NCBI RefSeq assembly: GCF_021596505.1
Contig: NZ_PJIZ01000018.1
Coordinates: 15,365-47,364, forward strand
DNA length: 32,000 bases
Direction of reading: 5' to 3'
Source of the DNA: Nostoc sp. CMAA1605
Lineage (GTDB): Bacteria; Cyanobacteriota; Cyanobacteriia; Cyanobacteriales; Nostocaceae
The position numbers and the translations under genes are program-made. The notes under the pieces are model-generated. The model did not search any database and was not told where the DNA came from. It saw nothing but the letters and a program-made list of their open reading frames with translations. Position 1 is the first letter of the stretch, and each line of letters opens with the position of its first letter. Of the stretch, positions 1-8,950 are shown in pieces.

Positions 1-1
1 T

Positions 2-730
2 GTGTTTAAATTTGAGTCTCTTGTCCCTGGCGAACGACATATATTTGGCTGGAAAGCACAAGTGGAAGTACGGGGGATTAAATACCGCATTACACCCAAA
101 GATGTGGAAGAGATTCCCGAAATTTCCCCAGAAATTGAAACCCGCTATCTGGTGGACAATGATGATTTAGCAATGGATACAGCCATTGTGCGGCGTTCCG
201 CCCGTGAAGCCATCGGTACGGAAACAAATCTCCTGCGGAAAATGTACAGCATCCGCAACTATGTCTATGATGAACTTTCCTATGGCATCAAACCCTATAT
301 TGATACGCCCGATATAGTTTTAGAAAGGGGTGTAGGTTCTTGTGGGGAGTATGTAGGGGTACTTTTGGCACTGTGTCGCTTGAATGGCATTCCTTGCCGT
401 ACTGTGGGTAGATACAAATGTCCCCCAAATGGCGAACATCAAGGAGTTCCCCTGCAACCAGATTTTAATCATGTGTGGTTAGAATTTTACATACCTGGTA
501 TGGGATGGTTGCCAATGGAATCAAATCCCGATGATTTAGGTGATTATGGCCCCTATCCCACGCGCTTTTTCATGGGTTTATGTTGGTATCACATCGAAAT
601 TGGTAAAGGCATATCCTTTGAAACATTAAGCAGTCAAGGTAAAAGGGTAACTAAAGAGGATATTCCTCTAGGTGATTTGGCGATTAATCATATCCGCTTC
701 ACCATTCTTCAGGAATTACCACCGTTTTAA
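2..730 (+). CDS. transglutaminase-like domain protein (N-terminus cut by window edge)
   Basis: The ORF is open from the window edge. It has a Cys-His-Asp transglutaminase-core context: GVGSCGEYVG, FNHVWLEFY, ESNPDD. Confidence 0.75.
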   Translation: MFKFESLVPGERHIFGWKAQVEVRGIKYRITPKDVEEIPEISPEIETRYLVDNDDLAMDTAIVRRSAREAIGTETNLLRKMYSIRNYVYDELSYGIKPYIDTPDIVLERGVGSCGEYVGVLLALCRLNGIPCRTVGRYKCPPNGEHQGVPLQPDFNHVWLEFYIPGMGWLPMESNPDDLGDYGPYPTRFFMGLCWYHIEIGKGISFETLSSQGKRVTKEDIPLGDLAINHIRFTILQELPPF

Positions 731-738
731 GGGAATAT

Positions 739-768
739 GGGGACTGGGGATTGGGGATTGGGGATTGG
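739..768. repeat. STRR1-type heptamer array (GGGGACT/GGGGATT x4)
   Basis: Read directly: ggggactggggattggggattggggatt, just after the stop of the upstream gene. Confidence 0.9.
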
Positions 769-864
769 TTGGTATTAATTTGGGGTTTTGCTAGAGTGGC
801 GGAACTTAACCCAACATGAATATTGACGTTACAATAAGGCTAAAACGACGAAAGTAATTGCAAA

Positions 865-1113
865 ATGCCTGCCATTGTTAAAGTACAACTTTCCTTAGAA
901 GATTTAGCACAAGTAATATCTTCTCTTAATTTAGAAGAAAAACTACGATTACAACAGATGATTGAGCAACAAATTTTTGAAGCTGAAGAGTCTTTGTATG
1001 AGGATGATGCGGAGACACAAGTAGAAATTCAAGCAGTTCGTAATGAATACGCAGTTGGCGAATATAGAACTGTGGATGAGTATATCGCTAGACGCTCAAA
1101 GCAGAAATCATGA
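865..1113 (+). CDS. putative type II antitoxin (family not recognised)
   Basis: An 82-aa ORF whose stop overlaps the toxin start (ATGA at 1110-1113). The C-terminal half is acidic. The call rests on position upstream of a RelE/ParE toxin. Confidence 0.6.
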   Translation: MPAIVKVQLSLEDLAQVISSLNLEEKLRLQQMIEQQIFEAEESLYEDDAETQVEIQAVRNEYAVGEYRTVDEYIARRSKQKS

Positions 1114-1376
1114 GTTATGCTGTCATTATTTCCAAGTCGGTACAAAAACAAATAGACATTCTACCAGATGATGTGAGTATGCGTGTTTTGGAGAAAATTC
1201 AAAACCTCGCAGATGAGCCACGTCCTGATGGAGTTGTAAAATTAAAAAATTTTGATAACGAATACCGCATCCGAGTTGGTGATTATAGAATACGGTATGA
1301 GATTAATGATGAAAGTCAACTAGTACGGATTTTACAATGTAAACATCGGAGAGATGTTTATAAAAATCACAAATGA
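1110..1376 (+). CDS. RelE/ParE family type II toxin
   Basis: 88 aa with the family signature YRIRVGDYRIRYEI...VRILQCKHRRDVY. It has a 4-nt overlap with the upstream small ORF. Confidence 0.85.
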   Translation: MSYAVIISKSVQKQIDILPDDVSMRVLEKIQNLADEPRPDGVVKLKNFDNEYRIRVGDYRIRYEINDESQLVRILQCKHRRDVYKNHK

Positions 1377-1513
1377 TGATGGGTATTATTGAGCATCTAC
1401 AAAGGAATTTCCGAAACGCAAAATTACATTTTTACTGCTTTAATACACGAAGTATTGTTTAGGAAATAGCCCGTGTATTTAAACAGTATAAATCACCGAT
1501 TTCAAGTTAGTAA

Positions 1514-2581
1514 TTACAAATTACTTGTTCGCAATTGTCCGCAGGCGGCATCAGCTTCTAAACCACGGGAATAGCGGACGCTAACGGCGATTTTTTGCTG
1601 TTGCAGAACTTTCACAAAAGCTTGAATGCGATCGCTCTTCGGTCGTTTATAATCAACTTCCTGAATGGGATTATAGGGGATTAAATTGACGTGACTTTGA
1701 AAGCCTCGTAGACGCTTGGCTAGTTCTAGGGCGTGTTCTGGTAAATCGTTCACACCAGCTAGTAAAATGTATTCAAAACTCACGCGTCTACCTGTAATTT
1801 CTACATATTCTCGACATTCAGCTAGTAAATCCTCAATGGGATAGGGGCGCGCACTAGGTATAATTTTTTCTCGTAGGGCTTGGTTAGGGGCGTGGAGACT
1901 CACAGCCAGAGTTACTTGTAGATGGTTTTGCGCTAACTCACGAATACGATCGCGAATTCCCACTGTAGAAATTGTCAGCGATCGCTGTCCAATTCCCACA
2001 TCTTGATTTAAGGATTTTACCGCATCTAAAACACTTTCCGTATTTAACAACGGTTCACCCATGCCCATAAATACCACATGACTCACCCGTTGTTGAAAAT
2101 CTTCCTGTACTGTTAAGACTTGATCAACAATTTCATGTCTGCCTAAATTCCGCTTGTAGCCACCTTTACCAGTAGCGCAGAAATCACACGCCATCGGACA
2201 TCCCACTTGAGTAGAAACGCAGACAGTTAATCGTTTCTCGGTGGGAATTCCTACTGTTTCTACAATCTGCCCATCGGATAGTTGCAAAAGATACTTAACT
2301 GTGCCATCCGGTGCAACGGAACGATAATGAATCTGAGAACGCCCGACGGGGATATCTGCGACATCGGTGCGCCATTGCTTAGGAAATACGGAAATATCCG
2401 CTAGCGATCGCACTCCCTTGTGATATATCCAATCATGGAGTTGCTTTCCTCTGTAGGCGGGTTGTCCTTGCTGTTGTACCCATGCAGTTAACTCCGTCAC
2501 TGAAGCACCAAGTAACGGAGGTAAAGTTGCGGTTTCTGGAATGGTTGAGTTAGCTGAGGAAACAAGGGGCGTAGCAGACAT
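1514..2581 (-). CDS. rlmN: 23S rRNA/tRNA (adenine-C2)-methyltransferase RlmN, radical SAM
   Basis: 355 aa. It has the radical-SAM cluster [19 protein letters not shown], and a C-terminal catalytic Cys context (DAACGQL). Confidence 0.9.
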   Translation of the reverse strand: MSATPLVSSANSTIPETATLPPLLGASVTELTAWVQQQGQPAYRGKQLHDWIYHKGVRSLADISVFPKQWRTDVADIPVGRSQIHYRSVAPDGTVKYLLQLSDGQIVETVGIPTEKRLTVCVSTQVGCPMACDFCATGKGGYKRNLGRHEIVDQVLTVQEDFQQRVSHVVFMGMGEPLLNTESVLDAVKSLNQDVGIGQRSLTISTVGIRDRIRELAQNHLQVTLAVSLHAPNQALREKIIPSARPYPIEDLLAECREYVEITGRRVSFEYILLAGVNDLPEHALELAKRLRGFQSHVNLIPYNPIQEVDYKRPKSDRIQAFVKVLQQQKIAVSVRYSRGLEADAACGQLRTSNL

Positions 2582-2729
2582 AAAAAATCACAAGTTCAAG
2601 CTCTGAATCTCTATACTACAACCTTCAACTTAATTTAGTCGGGAATCCATCCTCAAACCATAAGGTAGCGATCGCCATTTTTCTCTGATTTACTGAGAAA
2701 CCCTGAGTAAATCAGGGGATTAGGGAGTT

Positions 2730-3617
2730 TCAAGCTGCTAGCCAGAGGGCGGCGTTATGCACGTAGGTTTTGATGTCTTTTAAGGCTTGTGGTTCGGTTT
2801 TCATGCCTGTTCCTGGTGCTTCATCGACGAAGGAAGGACAACCTTTGTCAATGTCCCAATTGTAATCAACAAAGTGATGGAAACTGGAATGAGCGATCGC
2901 TCTTCCTAATCTGTTTCCTGCGGTGTCTATGTAATGTTCCATCGCCACCACTAGGTTAAATTTCCGCCCTGTAACTATACTTTCACCAAAAGCAATGACA
3001 CTTGCTGTTGAGTCTGGTTGCACACCTATGCCGCCTTCGTGGGGATGGGATGGAAACAATTCAACTAACTCAGTTGGTGAATCAGGATTCTGTAGTAGGG
3101 GATGATTTGGTTCGGCGGGGATGATTTTTTGGTAGTCACCATTTGCACCGGAATGATAATTCGGCCAGGAAATATAAGTAGTGTGGGGATCGTCGCGAGT
3201 CCAGCGAGAATCATCAGGGTCGGGATTTTTGGTATTAAAATAATGCAAATCGCCAATGTCTACAATGCCACACATGGAACAGCCCATATCTTGATGATCG
3301 CGTGTGGAAAGAATTCCCCCACCCCGCTTTCTAAAGGCGTTAATTCCGGCAATATCTTTGGCTGTTAACCCATCACCAATATCTAGGGCAAATAACCATA
3401 ATTGATTAAAATCTGATTGGTCTAAACTACTTAAAATCGGATCATCTCCTGCTGCATCTGACAGGCGATCGCGTCCTGTGACTATAAATAATTGTTGTCC
3501 TGTTTCATCTTTAATTGATTCTAGATATTCTTTTAGCAGAGAGAATCTAGAAATATTCCAGTCATCCTCAACTGAGGGAATTGTGGTTTGTAGCAGAATG
3601 TGGATTTGTCTAGACAT
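2730..3617 (-). CDS. conserved hypothetical protein (possibly ThuA / class-I amidotransferase-like fold; uncertain)
   Basis: A long 295-aa ORF with normal codon texture. The antisense ORFs inside it are low quality. No diagnostic motif was recognised. Confidence 0.55.
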   Translation of the reverse strand: MSRQIHILLQTTIPSVEDDWNISRFSLLKEYLESIKDETGQQLFIVTGRDRLSDAAGDDPILSSLDQSDFNQLWLFALDIGDGLTAKDIAGINAFRKRGGGILSTRDHQDMGCSMCGIVDIGDLHYFNTKNPDPDDSRWTRDDPHTTYISWPNYHSGANGDYQKIIPAEPNHPLLQNPDSPTELVELFPSHPHEGGIGVQPDSTASVIAFGESIVTGRKFNLVVAMEHYIDTAGNRLGRAIAHSSFHHFVDYNWDIDKGCPSFVDEAPGTGMKTEPQALKDIKTYVHNAALWLAA

Positions 3618-3790
3618 AGTTGTTGTGAATATTATTCCTAATACTTATATTTTATGGAATACTGTACAACAAATTTTTTCGTTAAAAAAATCCCCAATTT
3701 TTTTGAAAAATCAGAGAAGTTAAAATCAACTATTATTGCTAAATACAGAGCAAGAACAGACTAGATATTTTGAGTGCAAGATGATAATTA

Positions 3791-4291
3791 TCAAAGTATT
3801 TCCAAGTTCTCAATAGTCAGATATATTTCTTCATCAGCTATTTGAGCATTGTAATCGACATTAATTTGGGTGGGATAACCATATTGAGGATTGTAACTTA
3901 TATCTAAACTTGCGGCTTGCCGTTGAATGGCATCGCCAATCACATTAAAAAGTTTGGGGATTGTATTATAATTTTGGAAAAATTCGGGATTACTCACTGG
4001 CTGACCTGTAGCTACTGAAGTAACAGAAACTGTTCTACCGTTGCGAACTTCAATTACTACAGGGCCTCTGGCATCAGGTATACAAAAACAACCATTACTA
4101 AATGTGTAGCGATAGTTAACAACATTTCTGCTATTCCATAAAGTGCGGTTAAATCTCAATCTTCTGGCTTCTAAGTTCAGTTTTCTATTCGCTGATATCT
4201 GGGCTACCTCTACGGTAGATTGAGACATCACAGGTAAATTCATTCCTAAAGAAAATAATAATCCGGCACTAAGAATCAGGGGTAATCGCAT
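3791..4291 (-). CDS. secreted small protein (DUF6174-like guess)
   Basis: 166 aa with an N-terminal signal peptide (MRLPLILSAGLLFSLGMNLPVMS). The CFC motif followed by GPVVIEVRNG resembles DUF6174-type proteins; this is from memory. Confidence 0.55.
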   Translation of the reverse strand: MRLPLILSAGLLFSLGMNLPVMSQSTVEVAQISANRKLNLEARRLRFNRTLWNSRNVVNYRYTFSNGCFCIPDARGPVVIEVRNGRTVSVTSVATGQPVSNPEFFQNYNTIPKLFNVIGDAIQRQAASLDISYNPQYGYPTQINVDYNAQIADEEIYLTIENLEIL

Positions 4292-4443
4292 AGTTATCCT
4301 CTGTGATGTTAATAGGGAAATTTAGAATATTTCGCTGGATTTTTGAGTACAATCTCTATTTTTTATGAGATTATTTAAGCTGATATTATTTTTTGATTAA
4401 AAATAATACCGAATTAAGAACTAAAAATTCATCAGTAAAATCG

Positions 4444-4472
4444 GGGTGTGTTATGCAGTTATTAACGCACCC
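4444..4472 (-). terminator. hairpin downstream of the desaturase-SDR gene
   Basis: The arms gggtgtgtta / taacgcaccc form a 10-bp stem (one G-U pair) with a 9-nt loop. A short U-rich stretch follows on the minus strand. Confidence 0.4.
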
Positions 4473-4507
4473 TCAAAACACTTAATATTTCGTAAAATTT
4501 CTATATT

Positions 4508-5743
4508 TTAATTCGCAGCTTTCTTACTAAAAATTCGGTAGTAAAGCCAATTGCTCATTTCCTTGATAGGGAATAGTAAATAGGTGATGGGATTGATAGT
4601 CACGATAATATTGCGGAAATCACGCCGGGCTAAAAACAAAATTGCACGGGCTACCTGTGGTGCGGACATTACGCCATAGGGGTTAAGTTGACTTTTAAAA
4701 GGCCCTAAAATTAATTTGCGAATTACACAATCACTATTTAAGCGTTTCAGCGTGACTAAATCTCCCAAGGTGCGTTTGCTGAGTTCATAGAGTGGACTTA
4801 ACGCCGGATTTACCTCAGCCTCAGATGTATTCACCCAAATTTCTTTAGTGGCTTTAGCTTGTGGCCCGGTGATAGTAGCAATAAATATATCCATTAACCG
4901 CAGTGCAGAAAAGGTATTGATTTCATAGGAAGAGTTAATGGCTTGTGATGTGCGATCACTATAAACATTCACACCGTGGTTAATAATCAAAATATCGACT
5001 TTTTCTAGACTGGCTTTTAGCTCCGCTTCATTACCTAATTGCCAAGAAATTACTTTGACACCGTTATCCGTTGGTAATTTATCTGGGTTGGTAGTTAAAG
5101 CCACAACTTTAGCATTTTTCTTCAGTAATTCTGCTGTTAATGCTTGTCCTAAAGCACCTGATGCACCAGTAATAGCAATGGTTTTACCTTTGAGAGATAG
5201 GGCTGTTCCCAAAACCTTATCTACCAAAGAAAATACACCACTATAGTAAGCATTAACATCATCAAAATGGTGTCGCCAGTGATAGGAACGATTCACCAAC
5301 CACATGGAAGGTATGGTATCTAAAGGCCCTGGTTGGTGATTATAGTCTGTATCAATTGTGCCTTGGGAATATCGCAAGTATGCAGCAGACAAAAACACAA
5401 TGTTGTAACCTACCCCCAACCATAAACCCCATTGCCGGAAAATTAGGGCAATTAAAATTGATGCCGTGAATAAAATACCTGATTCTAAAACGTCGTGATA
5501 CAGCTGAGATTCCTGATAAGCCTTGAGGGAAACTATAGATAAATCACGACGATATGCAGTGTGATGTTTATTGTGGAATTTACCCAGCCAAATAATTTTA
5601 TGACACAAAGCATGGTAGATATCTCTAAGTATTTCCGTGAGGAAGAGGGAAAATAAACCCCAGCTAACAAACTGTAAACCAGTGTTTACCAGATCCCAAT
5701 TGACTTGTAATTTGTTTGTAATTTCAGTGAAGCTTTCCAGCAT
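4508..5743 (-). CDS. fusion protein: fatty-acid hydroxylase/sterol-desaturase-like membrane domain + short-chain dehydrogenase/reductase
   Basis: The N-terminal half has histidine boxes (HKIIWLGKFHNKHH, HWRHH). The C-terminal half has the SDR Rossmann motif TGASGALG. Confidence 0.8.
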   Translation of the reverse strand: MLESFTEITNKLQVNWDLVNTGLQFVSWGLFSLFLTEILRDIYHALCHKIIWLGKFHNKHHTAYRRDLSIVSLKAYQESQLYHDVLESGILFTASILIALIFRQWGLWLGVGYNIVFLSAAYLRYSQGTIDTDYNHQPGPLDTIPSMWLVNRSYHWRHHFDDVNAYYSGVFSLVDKVLGTALSLKGKTIAITGASGALGQALTAELLKKNAKVVALTTNPDKLPTDNGVKVISWQLGNEAELKASLEKVDILIINHGVNVYSDRTSQAINSSYEINTFSALRLMDIFIATITGPQAKATKEIWVNTSEAEVNPALSPLYELSKRTLGDLVTLKRLNSDCVIRKLILGPFKSQLNPYGVMSAPQVARAILFLARRDFRNIIVTINPITYLLFPIKEMSNWLYYRIFSKKAAN

Positions 5744-5831
5744 TTTTTTTGCTCGCCACTTGTCTTAATCTTTTTTCATATTGTGATCAGGATAGATTAA
5801 GAACAAGTTACAAAGCAAACTAAAATTTGGT

Positions 5832-5892
5832 GGGGATTGGGGATTGGGGATTGGGGACTGGGGATTGGGGACTGGGAGACAAGGGAGACAAG
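5832..5892. repeat. STRR1 heptamer array (six GGGGATT/GGGGACT units) followed by GGGAGACAA 9-mers
   Basis: Read directly. Several overlapping ORFs in the track are just translations of this array. Confidence 0.9.
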
Positions 5893-5914
5893 GGATATTC
5901 TTTCCCCATATTCT

Positions 5915-6006
5915 ATGCCCAATGCGCCATACCCAATGCGCCATACCCAATGCGCCATACCCAATGCGCTATGCCCAATGCGCCATGCCCAATGCGCCAT
6001 GCCCCC
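5915..6006. repeat. 14-nt tandem repeat (CCCAATGCGCCATA, about 6.5 copies)
   Basis: Read directly: cccaatgcgccata repeated, with A/G and T/C variants in the last copies. Confidence 0.9.
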
Positions 6007-6148
6007 CTGCGCCCTGCCCCCTGCACCAATTCCTCTTCGCGTTGGGATAGACTGTACAATTCTCTTGTTAGCATTAACTTAAGTTTAAGTGTCATCTGTG
6101 GACAACTGAACTGTACAGGTGGCGTTTTATTAGGAGAATAACAGTTTC

Positions 6149-6604
6149 ATGAAGCTCGGAAAACCTTCCCAAGAATGTGCAGTTAGAGTGATGGACACAA
6201 TTCCATTGTTGATGCGGTTTATCCGAGCTGATATGCGGAGTCATAGTGCTGATTCTCTTTCAATACCACAATTGCGATCGCTGGCGTTTTTGAAGCGTCG
6301 TCCCGGTGCTTCACTATCGGAGGTAGCAGATCATCTCGGTGTCACCTGTGCGACAGCTTCAACCACTATTGAGCGACTAGTGCAGCGTCATCTGGTACAG
6401 CGTACTGATCATCCCCAGGAACGGCGGCGGATAGTCCTCAATTTAACACCGGCAGGTAAGGATTTATTAGAGCAGTCTCAAGATAAAACTCGCGCCCACA
6501 TCTCTGATATTTTAGAGGATTTGACACCAGAACAGATCATCCAAATTGAACATAGTTTGATGCTGTTAAAAAACGTTTTTGAGAAAACGGAACTATCTCC
6601 CTAA
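6149..6604 (+). CDS. MarR family transcriptional regulator
   Basis: 151 aa with winged-helix wording: LSIPQLRSLAFLKRRPGASLSEVADHLGVTCATASTTIERLVQRHLVQR...RRRIVLNLTPAG. Confidence 0.85.
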   Translation: MKLGKPSQECAVRVMDTIPLLMRFIRADMRSHSADSLSIPQLRSLAFLKRRPGASLSEVADHLGVTCATASTTIERLVQRHLVQRTDHPQERRRIVLNLTPAGKDLLEQSQDKTRAHISDILEDLTPEQIIQIEHSLMLLKNVFEKTELSP

Positions 6605-6660
6605 GTAGAACGACTTGAAAAAACCAACCTATGTGAAGTAATGTAAAAAGATTGGAATCT

Positions 6661-6781
6661 AGTTCGTAGTAAGGACTACCCTTCGGGAACGCTTCGCGAA
6701 CAGTCCTTATCAGAGGACTAAAGTCCTCTCTTTGAGACGCTTGCGCGTAGCTTGCTTCTCCGGAGGGGTACACTACAAACC
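6661..6781. mobile_element. MITE-like small dispersed repeat (AGTTCGTAGTAAGGACT ... ACTACAAACC), copy 1
   Basis: It shares its termini and an internal ACTAAAGTYCTC hairpin with the element at 12637-12712. The imperfect terminal inverted repeats are gttcgtagtaag / ctcactacaaac. It sits inside a 12-nt inverted repeat (6602-6612 / 6797-6807). Confidence 0.6.
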
Positions 6782-6829
6782 TTGAATTATTTACACCGTT
6801 CTACTTAATCGCAGGATGATATTAATTGG

Positions 6830-7471
6830 TTAACGATACATGGACAATCTTTTTTTTAACATTTGAATTTTTTCTTCAACTATTACAACCTCTATGCTAT
6901 TTTTCTGATATCTTGTCTGTAGCTGTGTCAGTTCCCCTTTGAGGGTGAGTATTTTCTTTTGAATTGCTTGAGAAACAGCATTATTCAATGTGCTTTTACT
7001 TTTAGAACCAATAACTTTTGACCAGCGATCGCGCAAATTTTTCACATCTAGTTCAGCTACCGTAATTTGTGGCGATACTTTCGGATATCTGGCATACAGT
7101 AACGCTGTTTCAACTTCTAAATTAACAACTTTATTAACTAAATGATTGGCTAATATCTGATTCAACATCTCTTTACTTCCACCAACTTTTAAATAGTGTT
7201 GATGTAGAGCTTTAATCTTACTATCAATATTTACAACTTGAGGTGAATTGTCCCAATAACGGGATAGCAATAAAGCACGCTCACCCTCTAATTTGGCGAT
7301 TTCTGATGCTAATGAATTCCTAGACGATTCAGCATTAATAGGCAAACTTGCTACAGCAGTTTGTGACGTAATATGATGATCATTGGTAATTGCTGCTTGA
7401 GCGTCGCCAATCATAGGAATCATGCCCAACATCATCAAACCAGATGTAAATATTTTTATATAGATTCGCAC
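6830..7471 (-). CDS. secreted coiled-coil protein with three internal repeats
   Basis: 213 aa with a signal peptide ending GDAQA. The module L..RY....SP.......I..L recurs three times: LLSRYWDNSPQVVNIDSKIKAL, LLYARYPKVSPQITVAELDVKNL, LQTRYQKNSIEVVIVEEKIQML. Confidence 0.6.
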   Translation of the reverse strand: MRIYIKIFTSGLMMLGMIPMIGDAQAAITNDHHITSQTAVASLPINAESSRNSLASEIAKLEGERALLLSRYWDNSPQVVNIDSKIKALHQHYLKVGGSKEMLNQILANHLVNKVVNLEVETALLYARYPKVSPQITVAELDVKNLRDRWSKVIGSKSKSTLNNAVSQAIQKKILTLKGELTQLQTRYQKNSIEVVIVEEKIQMLKKRLSMYR

Positions 7472-7649
7472 AAAATACTCCTTTTTGGGGAAAACTGTAA
7501 ATTTAATCTATCATACTAGTTTTTCTATAGGACTTATATTTGACTTCTGAAAAAAATCAGTAAAGTTTTCTTCACCTGTTCCTTGTTCCCTGATTACCTA
7601 GCTTCAAGTTAAAATTTTTATTTATATTCTGTCAATATAAATTACTCTA

Positions 7650-8585
7650 ATGACACAATTAACAGCTAAAGATTGGATATCGATTAAACGGCAGTTAACT
7701 CCTTATATATTTTTACTACCGGCTTTACTGCTCTTGAGTTTAACTGTATTTTGGCCTGCACTACAGGCGTTTTACCTTAGCTTCACTAGCTATGAAGATA
7801 TTAGTCAACCAGCACAGTGGATAGGAATGAAGAATTTCCTGCGTTTGTGGGAAGACAAAGTTTTTTGGAAAACTTTAGAAAATACTTTCCTCTATCTTGT
7901 GGGTGTAGTTCCTGTTTTAGTTATCTTACCTCTAGGATTAGCAATTTTAGTGAACCAAAAACTGCGCGGAATTAATTGGTTTCGCGCCGCATATTACACA
8001 CCAGTAGTAATTTCTATGGTAGTTGCGGGGATAGCTTGGAAGTGGCTATACGCAGAGAAAGGATTGTTAAATGAATTGCTGAAAAGTTTCGGTCTTTTTC
8101 CAGAAGGTATCCCTTGGTTAACTGATGGTGTTCCCCCAATTAGGTTATTTGGCGTTGTACCTATTCCCTTAGCTAGTGTCATGTTAGTTACTATCTGGAA
8201 AGGATTAGGCTATTACATGGTAATTTACTTAGCAGGACTACAATCTATTCCGGCTGATGTGTATGAAGCCGCAGCAATTGACGGTTCAGATGGTATTCGT
8301 AAACATTGGGATATTACTGTGCCTTTAATGCAACCTTATATTGCTTTAGTAGCGGTAATTTCTGCAATTTCTGCAACTAAAGTCTTTGAAGAAGTGTACA
8401 TTATGACTCAAGGCGGCCCTTTAAATAGATCCAAAACAATTGTTTACTATTTATATGAGCAAGCGTTTAGTAATTTGGAAATTAGTTATGCTTGCACCAT
8501 TGGTTTAGTATTATTTCTCATCATTTTAGGATTATCTGTTTTGCGACTAATAGTTAGTCAACCAGGGGGCGATAATCTAGTTTAA
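7650..8585 (+). CDS. carbohydrate-type ABC transporter permease (MalF/UgpA-like)
   Basis: 311 aa and multi-pass hydrophobic. The EAA-loop region is VYEAAAIDGSDGIRKHWDITVPL. Confidence 0.85.
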   Translation: MTQLTAKDWISIKRQLTPYIFLLPALLLLSLTVFWPALQAFYLSFTSYEDISQPAQWIGMKNFLRLWEDKVFWKTLENTFLYLVGVVPVLVILPLGLAILVNQKLRGINWFRAAYYTPVVISMVVAGIAWKWLYAEKGLLNELLKSFGLFPEGIPWLTDGVPPIRLFGVVPIPLASVMLVTIWKGLGYYMVIYLAGLQSIPADVYEAAAIDGSDGIRKHWDITVPLMQPYIALVAVISAISATKVFEEVYIMTQGGPLNRSKTIVYYLYEQAFSNLEISYACTIGLVLFLIILGLSVLRLIVSQPGGDNLV

Positions 8586-8818
8586 AATTACGAATTTTAG
8601 ATTTTAGATAGATAATTTTTGAGTCACGCCCCTACACATTTGATGACTCCTATGTTACATTAAGTAGTGGAATAGTAATACATCAGCCAAGCTATAGGGT
8701 GGGTTCTGGATACCTAACTGGTGCGCCAACCTCTGGATTGAGTGTATACCGCAAAGCAGATGCGTCACTACTCCCGCCCCGTTTGATAGGAGTGGGTTTT
8801 TGCCTACATCAAACGCCC

Positions 8819-8891
8819 TGAAAGTAAGCTCGTTGGATAGAGCGATCGACTCATAATCGATAGGTTGTAGGTTCGAGTCCTGCACTTTCTC
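8819..8891 (+). tRNA. tRNA-like element with CAU anticodon, non-canonical (possible pseudo-tRNA)
   Basis: Manual cloverleaf: acceptor tgaaagt/actttct (6 bp plus a U1-U72 mismatch), D arm gctc-gttggata-gagc, anticodon arm atcga-ctCATaa-tcgat, a 5-nt variable loop, and T arm gtagg-ttcgagt-cctgc. Position 8 is A and position 14 is G, instead of the near-invariant U8 and A14. Confidence 0.45.
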
Positions 8892-8950
8892 CCCCGTCCG
8901 AAAGGACACTACTCTGTAAAAGTAGCAAATTCAACGAATTTGATTTGATT

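Noticed and set aside
3065-3723. ORFs 3065..3256 (-), 3102..3368 (+) and 3478..3723 (+)
   Set aside because: They overlap the 295-aa minus-strand gene in alternative frames or antisense. They have biased I/P/T composition and no motifs.
5765-6141. Six overlapping ORFs (60-104 aa) on both strands with GDWGLG / PNAPYPMRH-type sequences
   Set aside because: They are translations of the heptamer and 14-mer tandem repeats in every frame. They have no independent coding signal.
7650-8585. Lone ABC permease as evidence of a truncated transporter operon or insertion event
   Set aside because: Scattered ABC components are common in Nostocales genomes. Nothing in the sequence shows a deleted partner, so I did not raise it as a finding.
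8655-8909. 84-aa minus-strand ORF
   Set aside because: It is antisense to the tRNA-like element and runs through structured non-coding sequence, with poor coding texture.
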